Assembly (NCBI GenBank): GCA_963769935.1
Contig: CAVYNY010000034.1
Location: forward strand, 64,001-128,000
Length of the DNA: 64,000 bases
Direction: 5' to 3'
From: an uncultured delta proteobacterium
Lineage (GTDB): Bacteria; Desulfobacterota; Desulfobacteria; Desulfobacterales; JAFDCJ01
Positions 62,481-64,000 of this stretch are shown one piece after another. The notes below the pieces were generated by a model. That model worked only from the letters and a program-made list of their open reading frames with translations, searched no databases and had not been told where the DNA came from. Within the stretch, counting starts at the first letter, position 1; every line of letters starts with the position of its first letter. A program made the position numbers and the translations under genes.

Positions 62481-62692
62481 AATGCCTAAAATGCCTAAAA
62501 TGTCTAAAATGCCTGAAATTGCCGGTGTAGGGTTGGCACTGCCCACCGTTAACAGCGGAGGTTGTTTATATTTTGTGGGCAATGCCCACCCTACGATACT
62601 CAACGATCTCAACGATCCTAACGAACACAACGATCCAAACGAACCAAACGATCCAAACGAACCAAACGAACCAAACGATCCGAACGATCTAA
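62481..62692. repeat. Nonamer arrays (AATGCCTAA x4; CCAAACGAW x~10) flanking an inverted REP pair (62527-62594)
   Basis: Directly visible 9-bp periodicity. GTAGGGTTGGCACTGCCCACC ... GTGGGCAATGCCCACCCTAC. Confidence 0.85.
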
Positions 62693-62707
62693 CGGAGGTA
62701 GAAAATA

Positions 62708-64000
62708 GTGACAGAATATAGACTGCTGTTGGGCAACGAAGCGATCGCGCGGGGATTGGTGGAAAATGGTTGTGCAATCGCAACTTCCTATCCGGGCACC
62801 CCGGCTTCCGAGATTTTGGCGGCAGTGGCTTTTTTTCAGAAAGAAAATGATATTTCCATGCACACCCAGTGGGCCGTCAACGAGAAAATCGCATTTGAAA
62901 TTGCATATGCCGGCTGCCAGACCGGACTGCGGACGGCGGTCAGCATGAAGCAGGTCGGCCTGAATGTGGCTTCCGATCCCTTGATGAGCGCCGCTTATAT
63001 GGGGGTCAAGGGCGGCTTTATCGTGGTCACGGCCGATGATCCCGGACCCATCTCCTCCCAAACCGAGCAGGACAGCCGGTTGATGGCCATGCTGGCCAGA
63101 ATTCCGGTGCTGGATCCGGACACACCCCGTCAGGCCAAAGAGATGATCGGTCTGGCCTACGAGATCTCCGAAACCTACAAAACACCGGTCATGCTGCGGC
63201 CCACCACCCGGGTTTGCCACTCCCGCCAGGATGTGGCCCTGGAAAAAATTCCGCCCAATGACCGGGAAGTTAAATTCGAAAAAGATCCCAGCCGCTGGGC
63301 GGCAACCCCGCGCTATCGTTTCCATCTGCACACGGAGGTGGAAGAAAAGCTGGCGGCCATTGCCCGGCACAAAGCCACCCGACCGCTGCGCCTCAATCCC
63401 AATGCAAAATCTGCCAGAGCCATTATATCTTCCGGTGTTGCAGCCGCCCACACCAAAGAAATTTTAAAAGAGCTGAAACTGTGGCAGCAAATTCCCTTTT
63501 ACCAGGTGCTGCAGCCCTTTCCCCTGCACAGCGAATTCATAACCCACTGGCTTGAAACCTACGAGGAGATCCTGGTTATCGAGGAGCCCATGGCGGTGAT
63601 TGAAATGCAGCTGGCCGACCGACACCGCGTCAAAGGCAAAATGAACAATACCGTTCCCGCCGTCGGCGAGCTTTATCCCGAAAACATTCAGGAAATTATC
63701 TGCAAATTCAGCGGCATTGAAGCGGAAAAATTGGAAATACCGTTTGCCGGGGGGCGGCGGCCAACGCTGTGTGCCGGTTGTCCGCACCGGGCCAGTTTTT
63801 TTGCCATCAAAAAAGCAGCGCCCCGGGGTATCTATACCAGCGATATCGGCTGCTATACCCTGGGCTTGAATTTAGGTGCGGTAGACACGGTGCTTTGCAT
63901 GGGAGCGGCCATCAGCCAGGCTGCCGGTTTCTACCATGCCCATAAAAACGAGGCGAAGCGGCCGGACATTGTCGCCACCATCGGAGATTCAACTTTTTTT
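62708..64000 (+). CDS. iorA: Indolepyruvate:ferredoxin oxidoreductase alpha subunit (3' end runs off the window)
   Basis: GTG start after GGAGG. LLGNEAIARG, YPGTPASE, MKQVGLNVASD, LCAGCPH, SDIGCY, IGDSTFF. Confidence 0.92.
   Translation, partial: MTEYRLLLGNEAIARGLVENGCAIATSYPGTPASEILAAVAFFQKENDISMHTQWAVNEKIAFEIAYAGCQTGLRTAVSMKQVGLNVASDPLMSAAYMGVKGGFIVVTADDPGPISSQTEQDSRLMAMLARIPVLDPDTPRQAKEMIGLAYEISETYKTPVMLRPTTRVCHSRQDVALEKIPPNDREVKFEKDPSRWAATPRYRFHLHTEVEEKLAAIARHKATRPLRLNPNAKSARAIISSGVAAAHTKEILKELKLWQQIPFYQVLQPFPLHSEFITHWLETYEEILVIEEPMAVIEMQLADRHRVKGKMNNTVPAVGELYPENIQEIICKFSGIEAEKLEIPFAGGRRPTLCAGCPHRASFFAIKKAAPRGIYTSDIGCYTLGLNLGAVDTVLCMGAAISQAAGFYHAHKNEAKRPDIVATIGDSTFF

Noticed and set aside
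62482..62721. ORF MPKMPKMSK...NDPNEPNDPNE and its antisense counterpart
   Set aside because: These are translations of 9-bp DNA arrays and a REP pair, with no sign of a real gene

Overview
A 64-kb chromosomal segment from an anaerobic sulfate-reducer-like bacterium, most likely Desulfobacterota (inferred from gene content: Hdr/Qmo-like flavoproteins, AOR, IorA, TrpB2, MASE3 and hybrid kinases). It has about 50 CDS and no rRNA, tRNA, CRISPR array or intact transposase that I can recognise. Main points of interest: (1) a TetR-headed locus with a FadH-type old-yellow-enzyme CoA-ester reductase whose NAD(P)H motif is degenerate, a V4R-like partner, two ferredoxins and a soluble HdrA / HdrA-MvhD / HdrC-GltD module, a candidate electron-bifurcation-driven reduction system; (2) a UGA-recoded (UxxC) peroxiredoxin-like selenoprotein with a SECIS-like hairpin, split in two by the ORF track; (3) two unannotated loci that share the same enhancer + sigma54-like architecture, one driving a 39-aa membrane peptide and the other a GGA-rich structured RNA; (4) a stand-alone PEP-CTERM-like micropeptide; (5) a sigma28-promoted TM/coiled-coil + VWA two-gene module; (6) an orphan AEP primase-polymerase-like protein; (7) many 7-10-bp-period degenerate tandem arrays, REP-like palindromes and nested mini-insertions in the intergenic gaps; (8) two deletion-derived broken genes. 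About nine single-base frameshifts in ordinary genes look like sequencing or assembly errors. All family assignments are by-eye motif recognition, not database searches.
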